A stretch of 64,000 nt of DNA from NCBI GenBank assembly GCA_013265495.1, contig MU058065.1:3575003-3639002 (forward strand), given 5' to 3'. The position numbers and the translations under genes are program-made. Positions within the stretch are counted from its first letter, which is position 1, and every line of letters starts with the position of its first letter. The notes under the pieces are model-generated. The model did no database searches, was not told where the DNA came from, and saw only the letters and a program-made list of their open reading frames with translations. The stretch is from Vicugna vicugna (lineage: Eukaryota). Shown piece by piece: positions 1-13,900 of the stretch.

Positions 1-350
1 ATGGTGCATAAATAATAGCAAAACCTCGAGTGGTTACATACATCCTGTGGAGAGCCTGGGTTTCAGGCGAGGCGGCTAAACTTATGCAAAGGGCAGTGGA
101 GGCTGTGGGCATGAAATAGGTTAGTGGCAGTGGGATAGAAAGGAGAGAGATGCCATGAAAGGTATTCAGAGGTGGGATGGAGGCAGCTAATTGTGTGAGC
201 TAGAGAAGGGTGAAAGGGTGAGTGCAGAGTCACAGGTATGCCAGGGTTTCTTGTGGATGTTTTATAGCTGGAACCATTCAATCCCTCTATTACATTGGAG
301 TATAGTGCTCCTTCCCAGAAATGACCAGCACTAACCACAGGTCATTGTGC

Positions 351-376
351 TATATATATATATATATATATATATA
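351..376. repeat. (TA)13 microsatellite
   Basis: Read directly from the sequence. Confidence 0.95.
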
Positions 377-1285
377 TGCAAATATATAGTTCTGTAAAAA
401 TATACAGAGTGTACATATTATAATACTTATAACAATAATGCTACATAATGCTACAAATATAACATACATTGAATCTATTCGCCTTTATTGTAGTTCCATG
501 ATCACCTGGTTTAAAAGTGAAGTGAGGTCCATTCATTCTTCCTTTCTTTCAGCGAACCTTTATTGAGTGCCTACTCTGTTCCAGGATTTGGTCTCTATGC
601 TCCCTGGCTGGCCAAGCCCACATACTGTGTCTGTCCTTAAGACATAAACATTGGCTGTAAAGAAATCAAACAAAGAAAGTGGTGGAAAACTGAAAACAGT
701 GTCTAGTGTTGCTCTATCTCATTGTTGCTTTGGCCAAAGACGAGGACTGGCGGCGGGGTGGGGGGTGGTGGTGGGCATAATTAATCTCAACTCCATGCAG
801 CTTGTACAGTGCCCGGCACTTGCATCTGGTTCAGTGAATGTCAAAGGGGAATAAGAATGGCCCATTAACTTCCAGAGGACATGGGATCAAACCAATAAAC
901 AGTGGTTCATATTTTTCTATACAGTGACCTCCTCTCTAAAGCAGGGCCCTCATTAACCTCACAGCTGTCCTAATGTGGCTTTAACCCGGTGACTCTTTAC
1001 ATTCCTTATGGCTTCATTAGTTCCCTTGAGACACATCACATCTTGCACCACAGCTATGATCTACAGCCAAACAAATTCCCTACAACACCCGGCATATGGA
1101 TCTTTTACTTAACCCAGCAGGAAAAAGAAGGGAGTAGTTAATCACTGATTAAAATGCCAGAACAAAATCCTTTAGTTTTTAGAAGGATCTGAGAAAGCAG
1201 TAGCTGAGTCAACTCAGTTTGAGTGATAGCCAGAGAGTGTGAGTTAGTTTAATTTGGGGCACCTGGGAAAACCCAACATGAAACC

Positions 1286-1330
1286 AAAAAAAAAAAAAAA
1301 AAAAAAAACGAAAAAACCAAAAAACCAAAC
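1286..1330. repeat. A-rich low-complexity tract
   Basis: Long A run followed by cgaaaaaaccaaaaaaccaaac. Confidence 0.85.
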
Positions 1331-2984
1331 ATAGCTACATTTCTTTTTTTTCCCCTCTAAGGAAAAAATAAACTCTAAACACTTCTGGGTAGACTTGAGA
1401 CTACAGCTTTAATAGCTTAGGCCTTTGTTGGTATTGGATAAAAATTTGGACAGTAGCTACGTTACGTTTATCAGAGCTAAATCTGAGCACACAATCTAAG
1501 AACTATTGTACAGCAAAGGCTAATTTGCCTAATTCACCTCCTGAATAGCTGTTATTATGCAAATAATGGCAAGCACGAAAATTTTGTGGGGAAGAATGAC
1601 TTGCAAACATTTATGATGTGTAAAAGTTTTCGTAAATATTCCAAGAACTCCATGAAGCGGGCAAGCACTGTTGTGTTTTACCATCAAGGCAGTGGAAGAT
1701 AGGAAAGAGAGTTGCTTGTTGAAAAAACATTTAACTAGGAGTCAAAAGATGTGGATTTTGGTCTCAGCTTTGCCAAAGGTGTTTTGTTGAACAAGCCACT
1801 TAATTCTGTTGTAATCCTGCTGAGCTTCAGGTTTTTTTTTTTTTTAATTTTCATTTAAAATGTGGCATCTGGATCAGATGATCTCAGATGGTCTCAGTCT
1901 GGGTCTGTGAACTACCAGGATAATCGTGGATGGACTTCAGGAGATCTGGGAAACTTGAGATGTGTAGACAAACATTGTGCCTTTGCCTCTGTGTGTGTGT
2001 GTACACAAGTCTTAACTAGGAAGAGGGCCCCTAGTTCTCATCATATTTTCAAATATCACCTTCCCGTGTTCTTTCCTTCAGTTTAAAACACCTGGGGTGT
2101 ATGATCTCTCAGCCGCCTTCTGGCATCAGTAATTTGGGATTCTCAGGGAAGCCCAAAGTTGGTTTAAAGTCATCTAACAGATCTGTATAGTTCAGAAGTT
2201 AAGATAGGTATGGAATATTTGGCCCTGAACTCTATAACGAAGCAAAAATATGGTCACCCCTACAATTCTCTTTAGAACTTTGCTTTTGGAATGTATCAAA
2301 ATGCAGTTGGTTATGCCTGCCTGCATGTATGTCATGATCTTCTGACATTCATGCAAGCATGACGTTTCTCCTCGTCAAACTGGCCTATCCTCTCCCCAAC
2401 CTGCGCTCTGTACAGTGGTCAAGGCCCATAGCAGGAAAGGTAGGAGGGCTGGGTGGGTGTGATATAGGAGAGAGGGGGTGGAGTGAGCAAGAAGGGCCTG
2501 GAAACAGGCAACTTGTCCCGAATTTACCTACTTGGAAAGTACTGTAATTGGCGCTTTAGTATCAGCTCTAGTATTTAAGGAAACATTTTTATAGTCTTGT
2601 TGTGAATTCTCTTTCTAAGGATTAAGTATTACATTCTCTTCCTATTTTTCAAATCTCATTTGAAATAAACCACCCGGAATAATGTAGGTTAGATCGCCTT
2701 AGAGGACCACACCAAAAATGTGAGCCGGCAATTTATTGATGGGCAGAATTAGGCTTACGCTCTGGGACACTTAGCACTAATCCAGGAAACTTGGAAGCAA
2801 TTTGGACCTGAGCCTCCATTCAAGCCAAACTGGCTTTCAATTATTCGAGGTGCTGTTTGGGCACTTTCCTGTTTGTTCATGGGCACAAAAGGCTTTGGCT
2901 GTGGACCACGGAGCCCAGAAAACAAAACAAGGCTTTAATTCTTGGGTTTCTCAGACAGACGTGTCAATGTGACATTTTTACTTA

Positions 2985-3215
2985 ATAACTAACGTTTATT
3001 GAACACAATACCTCTCAGATATTCTTTTAAAAGCTTTGATTGTATTGTCTCATTTAATTGATCATATTGTCTCATTCAATCTTGTAAACAAATTTTTTAT
3101 TTCTCCCATTTAGCAGATGAGAAAGCAGAGGCCCACCGATATTAAGCAAATTATTCAAGGTCACAGAGTTAATGAGGGGGAAGGTGGGATTCAATTTTTG
3201 CCTGGTCTACATTGC
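2985..3215 (-). mobile_element. MIR SINE
   Basis: Core cccatttagcagatgagaaagcagaggc...caaggtcacagagtt...gggattcaa. Confidence 0.75.
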
Positions 3216-6200
3216 TTCCATGTGAAAAGTACTACTGTTATCTTTTAAAATACTAAGTTTTTTCCAACTTGTATTGTTGAGAGTCTGGACAAATTGGTTA
3301 CTTATTTTACTCCCGAAGAGAAAAGTTTATGAAAACCTATTCTTTTGTGATTCATTATCTTCCCCTCCTAGGTATCAGGATGTTTATGGGGGTCTTTCAA
3401 TCAATTTAAATTTTGCATAAAAAAAAACAACTGGATATTGTGTTACACCAGAATGGATCTAAAGATCGTTCTGAAAGGCATGGATATGGCTTTGTGGAAG
3501 GACTCTGAAGACAGACATACAAGCAGGGAAAGATCCAGGGAGCAGACGAAGATGAATCAGGCTGCAGTTCATCAGACGAGACAAGAACTTGCCGTGAGGG
3601 AAGGTTTTGACGTAGAGTGATATTATACAGGCAATTATAAGCAATTAAGTGTCTAATAGTAGTTATTCACCAATGTATGTCCCCTGCGCCTACTTCCTTA
3701 CCACGCCAAGTGTGATGTGGAGGGCCAGGTAATGCTGCACGAGGAGAGTGAAATCACATTGAATTAGAGGTTGGAAAATGACACTGAATAGGTATAGAGC
3801 AGACTTTGTACAGCTTGTTTGTTTCCTGCCCTACTGGCTAGGAAATTGGTGGAACACATATTCTCCTCTAGATCAAAAGCCTGTTTGTCTCTGTTGCTAT
3901 TGATACTTTTTTTCAAAGCTTCAAAGAGACATTTCCAGTCATTGTAACAACCGAGTCATAAATGGCTTCCACCCATTTTAGATGAACTTTTCAGTGTTGT
4001 ACATGTCACTCAGGAGACTGCTGTCTGTTAGGAAATTGTGATGCAGTATTGGAAGGGTTAGGCAAGACTTCTGAGTGCCAAGGATTTGTCTTTCAGTCAA
4101 AGGTGGGGTGATAACCACATCCCAGGATCATTGTGCTTGGCCAGTTTGGGTTTTTAACATGAAGATTATTTCAAGGGCACTTTTCTCTGTTCAGCGTAGA
4201 AGGTGTGTTGTGCTTTATGAGTTTCAAACACTTTCCAATTTGTGACTTCAGTGTGTTTTCCCTCTAGTGCTTCTTTTGGCAGTTTCAGCTGGTTCTGGGA
4301 AACCCAGAGACTGATAGCAGCAAGATGATAGAAAAAAGTGATTAAGTGGCCAGAGACAGGCAACCCAGTCTTCAGCAAGCCCTGGTTTATAGCCCTCTGG
4401 ATTCATTTAGCCTAAATTTAAACAACATTGATGTTCTTTCCTTTGGGAAACTCTTGAACCTCCTGTTGAAGGTTTGTTTTCCAGTGAAGATTCGCTCCCC
4501 AATTATTTCACTTCAACTCTTATCGTAGTTATAATACATATTGTATTACAAATAGAAGAACTTTTAAATCCAACACCTGCTGGGTTTACTCAATGTCTTC
4601 AATATTTATTTGTATCATTTTGGAAAAATGAAAACAAAACGGAAAAACCTTTATCCCTCTAGCCTTTTGGATTTAATCTTTTGAAGGGATTTGTAGAAAG
4701 TTAACAATAGTTTTTTTCTGACTTATTATTTGAGCAAAGACATTTTTGATTTTCAAAACTGGGTTATGGAGGAATTAGCATGAATGTGAATCAACAGTAG
4801 GTTGAGACTGATGGAGCAACCAGGCAAAACCCACCCACTGGATAAACCAAATTTGCTTTATTTATCTGAAGGCTACAGCAGGGAGCTGGCACAGAGAGAC
4901 TGGCAACGTGCTCTGATAATTTCAGAAGTGCAAGCTTCTAAATTCTTCATAAAGAATCTCATCAGTAGATTTTGAGGACAGTAAGTCTGAATGAATGAAG
5001 TCACATTAGCACTTTTGGAAATTCAACTCTCCTTCCAGCCTAGTACTTAAAGCTGAAGATGCACCGCACACAGGTTGGTTTAGATAAGTGTGGGGGACCC
5101 CTTCACCTGAGCCAGGCGTGCCTCATTAATCTCAAGGTTTTATACTATAAAATATGCTCACAGGGCATGGTATGGTCCAGTGTACTCAGGCATGAATTTA
5201 CCCTAATTTCTCACCCTCAGCTCCTCAGGCTAACCAGCTTGTTCCAAGCACTTCTCTGAAAACAGTTTTCTTACCCTGGTGACTGTGGGAGTCATGGTAA
5301 CAGACGCTTAGACTTCCAGTGAGAAAACACAATTGATGCAGACCTGAAATTGAGTGCTGTTCATGGTTCTATTATCCCAGGTGGCAATTTATTAAGTAAA
5401 ACTCTAATTCAATTAGGCATCAACATGGGAAAATATTGACTTACCTTCTTTTCCTGTTGGAAACTTAAGGAGTATTAAATGTTAGCGTTCTGAGGAAGTT
5501 CACACAACTTCCTTCACCAGTTCTTGCAGCATAGCTAGAGAAGACCAAACTCCTTTTCAGACAAATGCTTGAATAAATAGCAAAACTTTAAGCAGATGCC
5601 CTGGCAAAGCATTTGTTGAACTGGGCTTTCTTGCTCCAGAAGAGAGATTTTCCTTCCCCCACTCTTTTTAAAGCATTGTGATTTTTAAAATTACAGTTAC
5701 GTTGTACAATTGCTAACTCTGTTCCATAAGGAAATCAAGTCTCATCTTTTCTTAGACATGCTGGTTTCTTGCATTATCACTTCCAACTGGAGTGACCCCT
5801 TTTCTAAGTCATATCCAAACTTTAAAGTTAGTTGAAGCTCTGTCTCCACTCTACACTTTTCCTGATTCTCTGAATTTTCAAACATGGAGCTTCTACCTCT
5901 CGTGAGCCGTTGTTTTGGCGACCTTGCCTACTCTGTGAACTCCTTGAGGACAAGACTGTAGGCTACAAGAGCACGGGGTGCTGTCTTATCCACCTCTTCA
6001 TCCCTCTGATAAAAAGAAAGGTGCTTACAGCTGTTGTTAAAAGAAATAATAAACATTATTTAAGGGCTCTTCATGGATAAAATACTTTCATTTCTTGAAA
6101 TACTTACCTCTTCAGCATGTATTTCCACTGAGATCAGTACAAAGTCTCACACTTTGGAAGGGATGGTAAAATGGCCCTGTTTATCCTCTGGGTCAATTTA

Positions 6201-6667
6201 TATTACTCTCCAGGAGCGATGCCAATGATATCCCTAGAAATACAGGGACACTGACAGGACTATAACATACAAAGTTTAGTGTAACAGGCAAGGCTGAATT
6301 AGGACATATGTTACGTGGGGGCCTACAGAGCTCCTGGATCCTCCCCAGCATGCTGTAGTACAGGGAGGAGGGGGGGCACTGATGGTGATAACACGGAGTT
6401 CCTGTTGTTCCCATTCCTGCTCAGCCATCCCTGCCCATGCTCTGCAGGGGCTCTGTAGGACCAAGGAAAGTCCCTGAAGTCCCTCTGCTGACCCCTGACA
6501 TTTAACTCTCCTTTCTCCCCTGACAATGCAGCCCAGAAAGTGGCGGGCTCTTGCATCTATCTGCCCTGTCAGTAAGGGGCCTTTAATCTGTTTTAGCATG
6601 AAAAATTCACTAAGAATGTACTATTATTTCATCAATGAAATCCTCAAATTCTAAATTAAATCCATAG

Positions 6668-6937
<270 letters not shown>

Positions 6938-7706
6938 TAACTGCATTACATCAGGTTGTCCTGAAAGTACCTGTCACATTTCAGAAACATAGTTTGTTCC
7001 ATGACAAGCCTAAATCTCTCTAGATAAACTGTGTTGTAATATAACACTGTTTCAATATTTTAAAATGAAACAAAACAATGAAATAAAACAAAACAACCTT
7101 CCTAAATAAATATACAATTTGCTTTTCGTTTGCTAAAACTTCACCTCTACATTTGTGCTCCAGTCTGCAATTAACTGAAGCTCTATGATGGCTCCTAACT
7201 GCAGTAGAAATAGAGGGAAGGTAAGCTTTGATAAAGTCACTCTCTGTTATTGCATACAGGTGAATGGGATAAGTGATAAGACTAAATTATTTTGGATTAT
7301 GAAAGATCACATTCCAGGCATTCAAAACTATACTATGCTTTGGAAGTATATTTGCTAAGAAACTTGAGACTCGCAGTTATTACACTGGTTAATTTTCGTG
7401 TTGATTAGTAACATTCCTCACCAAAATAGGTTGGTTCACGCTGTTAATGTGATTTTTGAATTCCTGTTCCATGTGAGTGTGCCATGAAAGTATATAAATA
7501 AATTATGTACTTGCACATATGTGCAGAGATGTGGCTGTATTTGTTATGAATGGCTCTATACCCACATATCAAGAGATGCAGTTTGAAATTTACGTTTGGT
7601 TGAGCAGTAGATACTGCTGATGGCTTGGTGGCTGTGGACTTTTGCACTGAACTTTCTCTGCTGGCCTCCAAAGGGACTTTATGGCTGACAATCTTCTTCC
7701 TTGCAG

Positions 7707-7921
7707 CCGTGTCTGATCCCAGCAGCACCGTTCACAGACCTCAACCGCTTCCTCCGAGCACCGTACACCAAAGCACTATTCCTTCCAACCCGGACAGCAG
7801 CTCTGCCTACTGCCTCCCCAGCACCAGGCATGGATTTTCCAGCTATACAGACAGCTTCGTGCCTCCTTCCGGGCCCTCCAACCCCATGAACCCCGCCATT
7901 GGCAATGGCCTTTCACCTCAG
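7707..7921 (+). CDS. PAX3: PAX3 exon 7
   Basis: Acceptor ttccttgcag|CC and donor CCTCAG|gtcagt; 215 nt, in phase with exon 6. Translates (A)[71 protein letters not shown]. Confidence 0.98.
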
Positions 7922-10175
7922 GTCAGTCCCGTGTTTTCAGACAGACGATTTGCTGTATACCAGAACCAAATAGTCAATTCCCGGAGGCGGTCATATAATG
8001 AATTGCCAAATTTAAACCATAATGTATTCTTTATACAAGCCACATGATTTCAGTTTTCTGGTTTCCTTTCTCTCCACCCTTCCCACAGGCTGTATCAAAA
8101 GTTGTAGCTTAGACTTAAAATCCCAGTGACTTTTTAATGTAATCATGGAGATTTTATGTTTATACTTAGTCGTCAAGGCATTCATCATCTCCAGTCTTAG
8201 TTCTGGGCTTTGGGTAAGAAAGTCACACACTTTTTCTTTTTTTTTTTAAGTGGTATTTGGTCAGCTGATAGGGTTGTGAGCAAGAACACCTAATAAGAAA
8301 ACACCAAAGCTTTTATACAACGTTCGGAGAGGAAGCTAACAAGCTGTGTGGAGAGAGACCTGGCTGATGCCTACAGAACTCTGGGATAAATGAGTGATAA
8401 ATGCACAAATTAGGAGAATTACCACTCTTTGGGAATATATAGATATTTGAATGTTGTAATTGTTTTTCTAATTTGCATTGGACTATGAGCTTTTCTTGAG
8501 AGATTATATTAATAAATTGCCTTGATAATTGCATGTCAGAGGGTTGGTTAAATTTCCTACATGTGGCATCTGTCTGAGGTTGACATAATTAGCAGTTGTT
8601 TAAATACAGATCACTTGATTTTATTAGAGGGCACTTGGCCCAGGTGGTGAGGAGAGCTGCCCGCTAAATTTGGAGAAATGTCACGAAGGGTTGCAATCTG
8701 TAATTGCAATCAAGAATCTCTTCAGGGCTGAGAGTGAAAGTTTTAACAGCTTTATCTTTTCTTAACCCCCTTTTTCCTCTTGGTGGTTAGAAAAACAGAG
8801 AGGAGCTCAGAATGACACAAATGAAAAGTGAAAAGACAATTATACTCAATTACACACTAATCACTGACTATCACCGCTGCCTGAGCACCAAGAGGGCATT
8901 CTAATAGGCAGAAAATGAGATTTTAATGGCACAAAGGGTGGCCAAAATAACGACTCATATATCTTTGCCTTCTTCGTTTTCTTCAACTTGTGGTTTGCGT
9001 CTTTGGAGTGGAGTTCCTGGGCTCTGCACAGCGGTGATAACTCTGAGCAGCTGAAAAGTTCAAAGCCGTTGGAGTTGAAAAGAATGAATAGCAAAGGCAA
9101 TGAAATAAACATTTCTGCCTAAAGGCAAAAGTTCATAAATCCTTTTTTTGTAACAGTAAATGTAATTAAGTTTCATAGATTCCTATAGCACATCCTGGGA
9201 CTGAAAAAAAAAAAAAGAGGTGGCTTTAAACCTCAACTGAAAAATAACAACATGAAAACAATGGACGTGCTTCCTGCAGGACTTCAGTACATTTAATTTC
9301 CAAGTGCTGGCATTTGTGAATGTGATTTTGCATGAAAATCATGGACTTTTATTAATAGATTCTTCTTTAAAATGCCTGGATTTGTAGTGTAGAAGCTTCT
9401 CCCACAGTTTAGAACTAACTTCAGAACTGGTTATCTCTGCGGTTTTAAACATACGTGGTTTTGGGCCACAGAAAAGCTTTTTATGAACATGACTTGGTTG
9501 GAAGTTTTAATAAAAGTAAAATTCAGCTCTAACCACTTCTGCAAGGTAAGACAGACCCAGGATTCTCTTGGCGTTTCTGTGTTCAGTCATAATAAAAATA
9601 ATGACACGAATCTGTTTTCTCTAAGTGAAGCTGCTAGTTTTTTGTATTAGAGGTGCCTGCTCTTGTATGTTATAATAAGTGTGTTATATCGTTGTATATA
9701 AGTGGAAGTACGAACACTTGACCTTGAAACTGTTATTCTTGATTTCAAGAAGCCTGGCTATGATTCCAGTGTTGGTGGTAGGGCGGGAATCGTTCCAATA
9801 TCAAGCAGTGGAAAATTCCACAGGCAACTTCTATATTTCTTTACTGTGCTCTGACATATTATGTTAACTCCTTACTTATTACTTTGCAAATATCCAGGAC
9901 ATTTTGTATTTCTACCGTATATTTCCTCTTCAAACTATTGCTAGGAACCCATGTTGTCTTAGTTCTTGCAGCATCCCCAGTTAGAAAGGAGACAGATAAC
10001 ATGAAGTTCCTCCTTATTTCCCCAGGCAAAGTTGGAGAACGAAATACTAAGTAAATCAGTATCTTGCCAAACATATTTACAAAACGACCGAGTGGGAAAA
10101 TTAGGAGAACTGGGAATTAGAACTCAGATTTCTGTAGCCTTTAGGATTTACCTCCTCTTGGGAGCGCTTCTATTT

Positions 10176-10911
10176 TTTTTTTAACATTTTTTATTGATTT
10201 ATAATCATTTTACAATGTTGTGTCAAATTCCAGTGTTCAGCACAATTTTTCAGTCATTCATGGACATATACACACTCATTGTCACATTTTTTCTCTGTGA
10301 TTTATCATAACATTTTGTGTATATTTCCCTGTGCTATACAGTGTAATCTTGTTTATCTATTCTACAATTTTGAAATCCCAGTCTATCCCTTCCCACCCTC
10401 TACCCCCCTGGTAACCACAAGTCTGTATTCTCTGTCCATGAGTCTTTAGATTCCACATATGAGCGATCTCATATGGTATTTTTCTTTCTCTTTCTGGCTT
10501 ACTTCACTTAGAATGACATTCTCTAGGAGCATCCATGTTGCTGCAAATGGCGTTATGTTGTCGGTTTTTATGGCTGAGTAGTATTCCATTGTATAAATAT
10601 ACCACATCTTCTTTATCCAGTCACCTATTGATGGACATTTAGGCTGTTTCCATGTTTTGGCTATTGTAAATAGTGCTGCTATGAACATTGGAGTGCAGGT
10701 GTCATCCTGAAGTAGATTTCCTTCTGGATACAAGCCCAGGAGTGGGATTCCTGGGTCATATGGTAAGTCTATTCCTAGTCTTTTGAGGAATCTCCACACT
10801 GTTTTCCATAGTGGCTGCACCAAACTGCATTCCCACCAGCAGTGTAGGAGGGTTCCCCTTTCTCCACAGCCTCTCCAGCATTTGTCATTTTTGGATTTTT
10901 GAATGACGGCC
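10176..10911 (-). mobile_element. Young 5'-truncated LINE-1 (ORF2 C-terminus, 3' UTR and A tail) with 16-bp TSD
   Basis: Open frame 10910..10446 encodes ...[32 protein letters not shown]...YHMRSLICGI, including the CCHC knuckle. Poly-T at the left end. TSD gggagcgcttctattt (10160-10175) and gggagcgcctctattt (10912-10927). Confidence 0.97.
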
Positions 10912-13900
10912 GGGAGCGCCTCTATTTAAGCAAGGTTGGGGTGGCTGGGACTACTCTCTGCTTTTGATTGTTTGGCTTTGTTAAAAATATTGTGATGAAA
11001 TTTGAAGAAGAGAGTCCACATCTAACAGCTAGTTTACCTGTTAACTAGAGAAGAGAGTAATGAAACGGTGGTGCCTTAGTCTTCTTGCTTATTATACAGA
11101 AGTGCTTATTAATGTATCGGATCATGTGACATCAAAAATGGGATTAATCCTACAACTACGTCCTCCTCTCCTCTGACTCGCTCATGTCCTCTGCCTCCAC
11201 CTGGAGGCCTAATGTGCAGACAATTCAGCTGAGGCTCAGAGAGCTGGCGGCCCGCTGGAGGCCACCGCGCTGACAGCGAGAGAACTGGAACTAGATGGAG
11301 GATTCCCGGCTTCTAGTCTAGAACCTCATTTGTGACAGAACTCATCTGGGCGAAGAAGAGACATGTTTCATGAAAAATAGAGACATGGGGCTTTAGTCAT
11401 ATTTTAAAATCATTTTGTAGAGACTAAGTTTTCTAAACTTTCAGGTTCAGGTTAATTAATTCTTTTTGCTAGTACACTCTTTACATGGTTTTTTTTTTTG
11501 CTTTACAGATTTTTCTTATCAATCTTTTAACTTTCCCCAGTAATACAAAGTACTTCATAGTTATTGTAGGAAATGGAAAAATTAAAGAACTTAAAAAGGT
11601 ATCTCTAGAGTAGAAAAAAATTCCCCTGGGCAGCCACTGTTAATGTTTTTGCATATTGCCTTTCAACTCTCTTTGGGTCTGATGCTTTAAAAAAAATATG
11701 TAATTGAGACACTAAGTATATGTAACTGTGCCTCTTGCCTTTTCCCTGCCTTTACATTTCATCATAGATCTTTCCCTACATGTTCGTTTAAACTGACCTG
11801 GATCTAAAGGGTTTTGGGTTATGATAATCAATTCATTGTAGATCTCTTTAGTCGACGCTATTTGACATGTTGAAAACATCCGTGTATTTTATTTTATTTT
11901 ATTTTATTTTTCCTAGTGTGGAGATTGATGTATCATTTGCCATTCAGACTTGGAAATCATGAGTCAGAATGTGTGTGGACTCTTGTCGAATTGGTTTCCT
12001 AGTTTCTTGTCAAGGAATTAATAGACACCTTTATGATAAGTGAACTGTTTTCTTTGTTTGTGTGTGGGATTTAGTTGATTTTCCTTGGGTACTCTGACAT
12101 ATCCTTCGAGCAAAGATTCTTGTAAAGCTTGAAATCAGAGCCGTTAGTCAAACGGTGTTTCTTAGATGCCCTCCAGCCTTTTCTCAGAGAAGTTCTCTGC
12201 CTCGGAGGGACGGGTGTGAACCATTGGCTCAGGCAGGTTACACCTGTCCAGCTGGTCAAATTAGAGTTGCAGTAGACTGACATGCATTTGTGACATTCTA
12301 AATTTCCGATACTGATGAAAAATTTTAGAAACTGTGGTCATATCTTTCCTCAAGTTGCTAAAACCATCTTCTTACTACTTAATCATTGCAATGTGTATCT
12401 TGTTCTCAGGGAATTAGCAACTGTATTCGGGGAATAGTTCCATTTTATTTATGGAACAGCTGAGGCCATTGTGACACAGAGTCCCTTGCAGAGTTAGAAG
12501 ACAAGTCTATCTTTCTTCCAGTTGTTACTAGTTCTTTAATAAACCAAATTACACATTTCACTTGCTGAAGAAGCATAACGTCAAAGAAAGTTTTCCATGG
12601 CTCCAATATTGATATTCAGCTTGATTTTCCTGCAGGAACAGTGGAAAGCCTTCACAAATGCAGGTCTGGGCTTCAACCCTGCCTCAAAGGCTGGATCTGT
12701 CAGGGAACTTAAGATTCTTTTTAGTGATGGGTGAGACGGGGATGGGCTAATTTCCTTGAAAATTTTCTAATTTTCTAAATGCCTCTGAATTGCTAAGATT
12801 TTTGAATTATATAACCCTTTTAGGAGATGGGGCTTTTATACCGAATAACAAAACACCTTCCGAGAAGAAAACCATTCAACTGGCTCCACCCTGCAGCAGC
12901 AGCCGTCTTTTGAAAGGCTGTGCTTTCTTGGTGTGGGGACACTACAGAAAGAACCCAGGGAGATAGAGATCATGTATTTTGCCTCCAAATCCAACGAGTA
13001 TGTTCCCAGCACCTTCCTGCATGTGCAGGAGAGAAAAAGGAATGCCGCCTTGGAATATAGAGCGCCAAGGAAATACTAACATGTGCTTAAGACATGAGAG
13101 TAATTAACATTCAGCCCATGTTCTTCTAATTAACCTTCTTTTGCAGGAAACATGACACTCGCTGCTCCCCCACCTCCAAAACACACAGAGCCAAACCCCC
13201 AAAACAAGGCCAATTAAATGAACAAACTTTATCATTTCAACCCCCCATCCCCATTTCTACAAACTCCACAGTTTTAGGTGACAGCTTCTAATGATTTCTT
13301 GAGTGAAATACAGTGTCAGTGTGTTACATGGTTTCTAGGACAAAAATGGGCCAACTTGGCTGCATTTAGGGTTCATCAACCATTGCAAATGATTCTTCAA
13401 ATGTTTTGGGTTTGGTAAAACCTAAAACACATTTTGCCAAGCACTTTTCCTCCTTAATTTTTCAACTGTGTATTTTAGGGAAAATTTGATCCATATGGTT
13501 TTGATTCATTTACTCTTGTATCATTGACATTTTTTTTTTCCTACGGAGACATTTGATATCCAAGAAGCTTTCTGAGCCTTTCCTATGTTCATTTTAAGCA
13601 TTTTTCTCCTTAAAAAGAGGAAGTCCTCTTTGCAACCTCAGAGGCTATAAATTTTGAGTACTCTCTCAATTCAGCAATACTTAAAAATACATTTGGTATA
13701 AATCTGGATTATTATGAACACATTTTATGTTTAGAGCAGATGGGCAGATTTTCATTTCTGGTTTACGAGTGAAACCAATGATAAAATAAGAAAATAGGCT
13801 TAAGTTACAAAAAAAGTTTTGTTTTAGACAACGTTTAACTGTTATTAATAAATCCCCATGGTAAGATCTATGCTCAGAGGCCTCATTTCCAATTTTGTCC

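Noticed and set aside
7922..8047. Exon 7 frame stays open 41 codons into intron 7 (ORF 7625..8047)
   Set aside because: There is a strong donor CAG|gtcagt, the extension resembles nothing I recognise, and the nearest AATAAA I found is at 8511. Nothing supports a truncated isoform.
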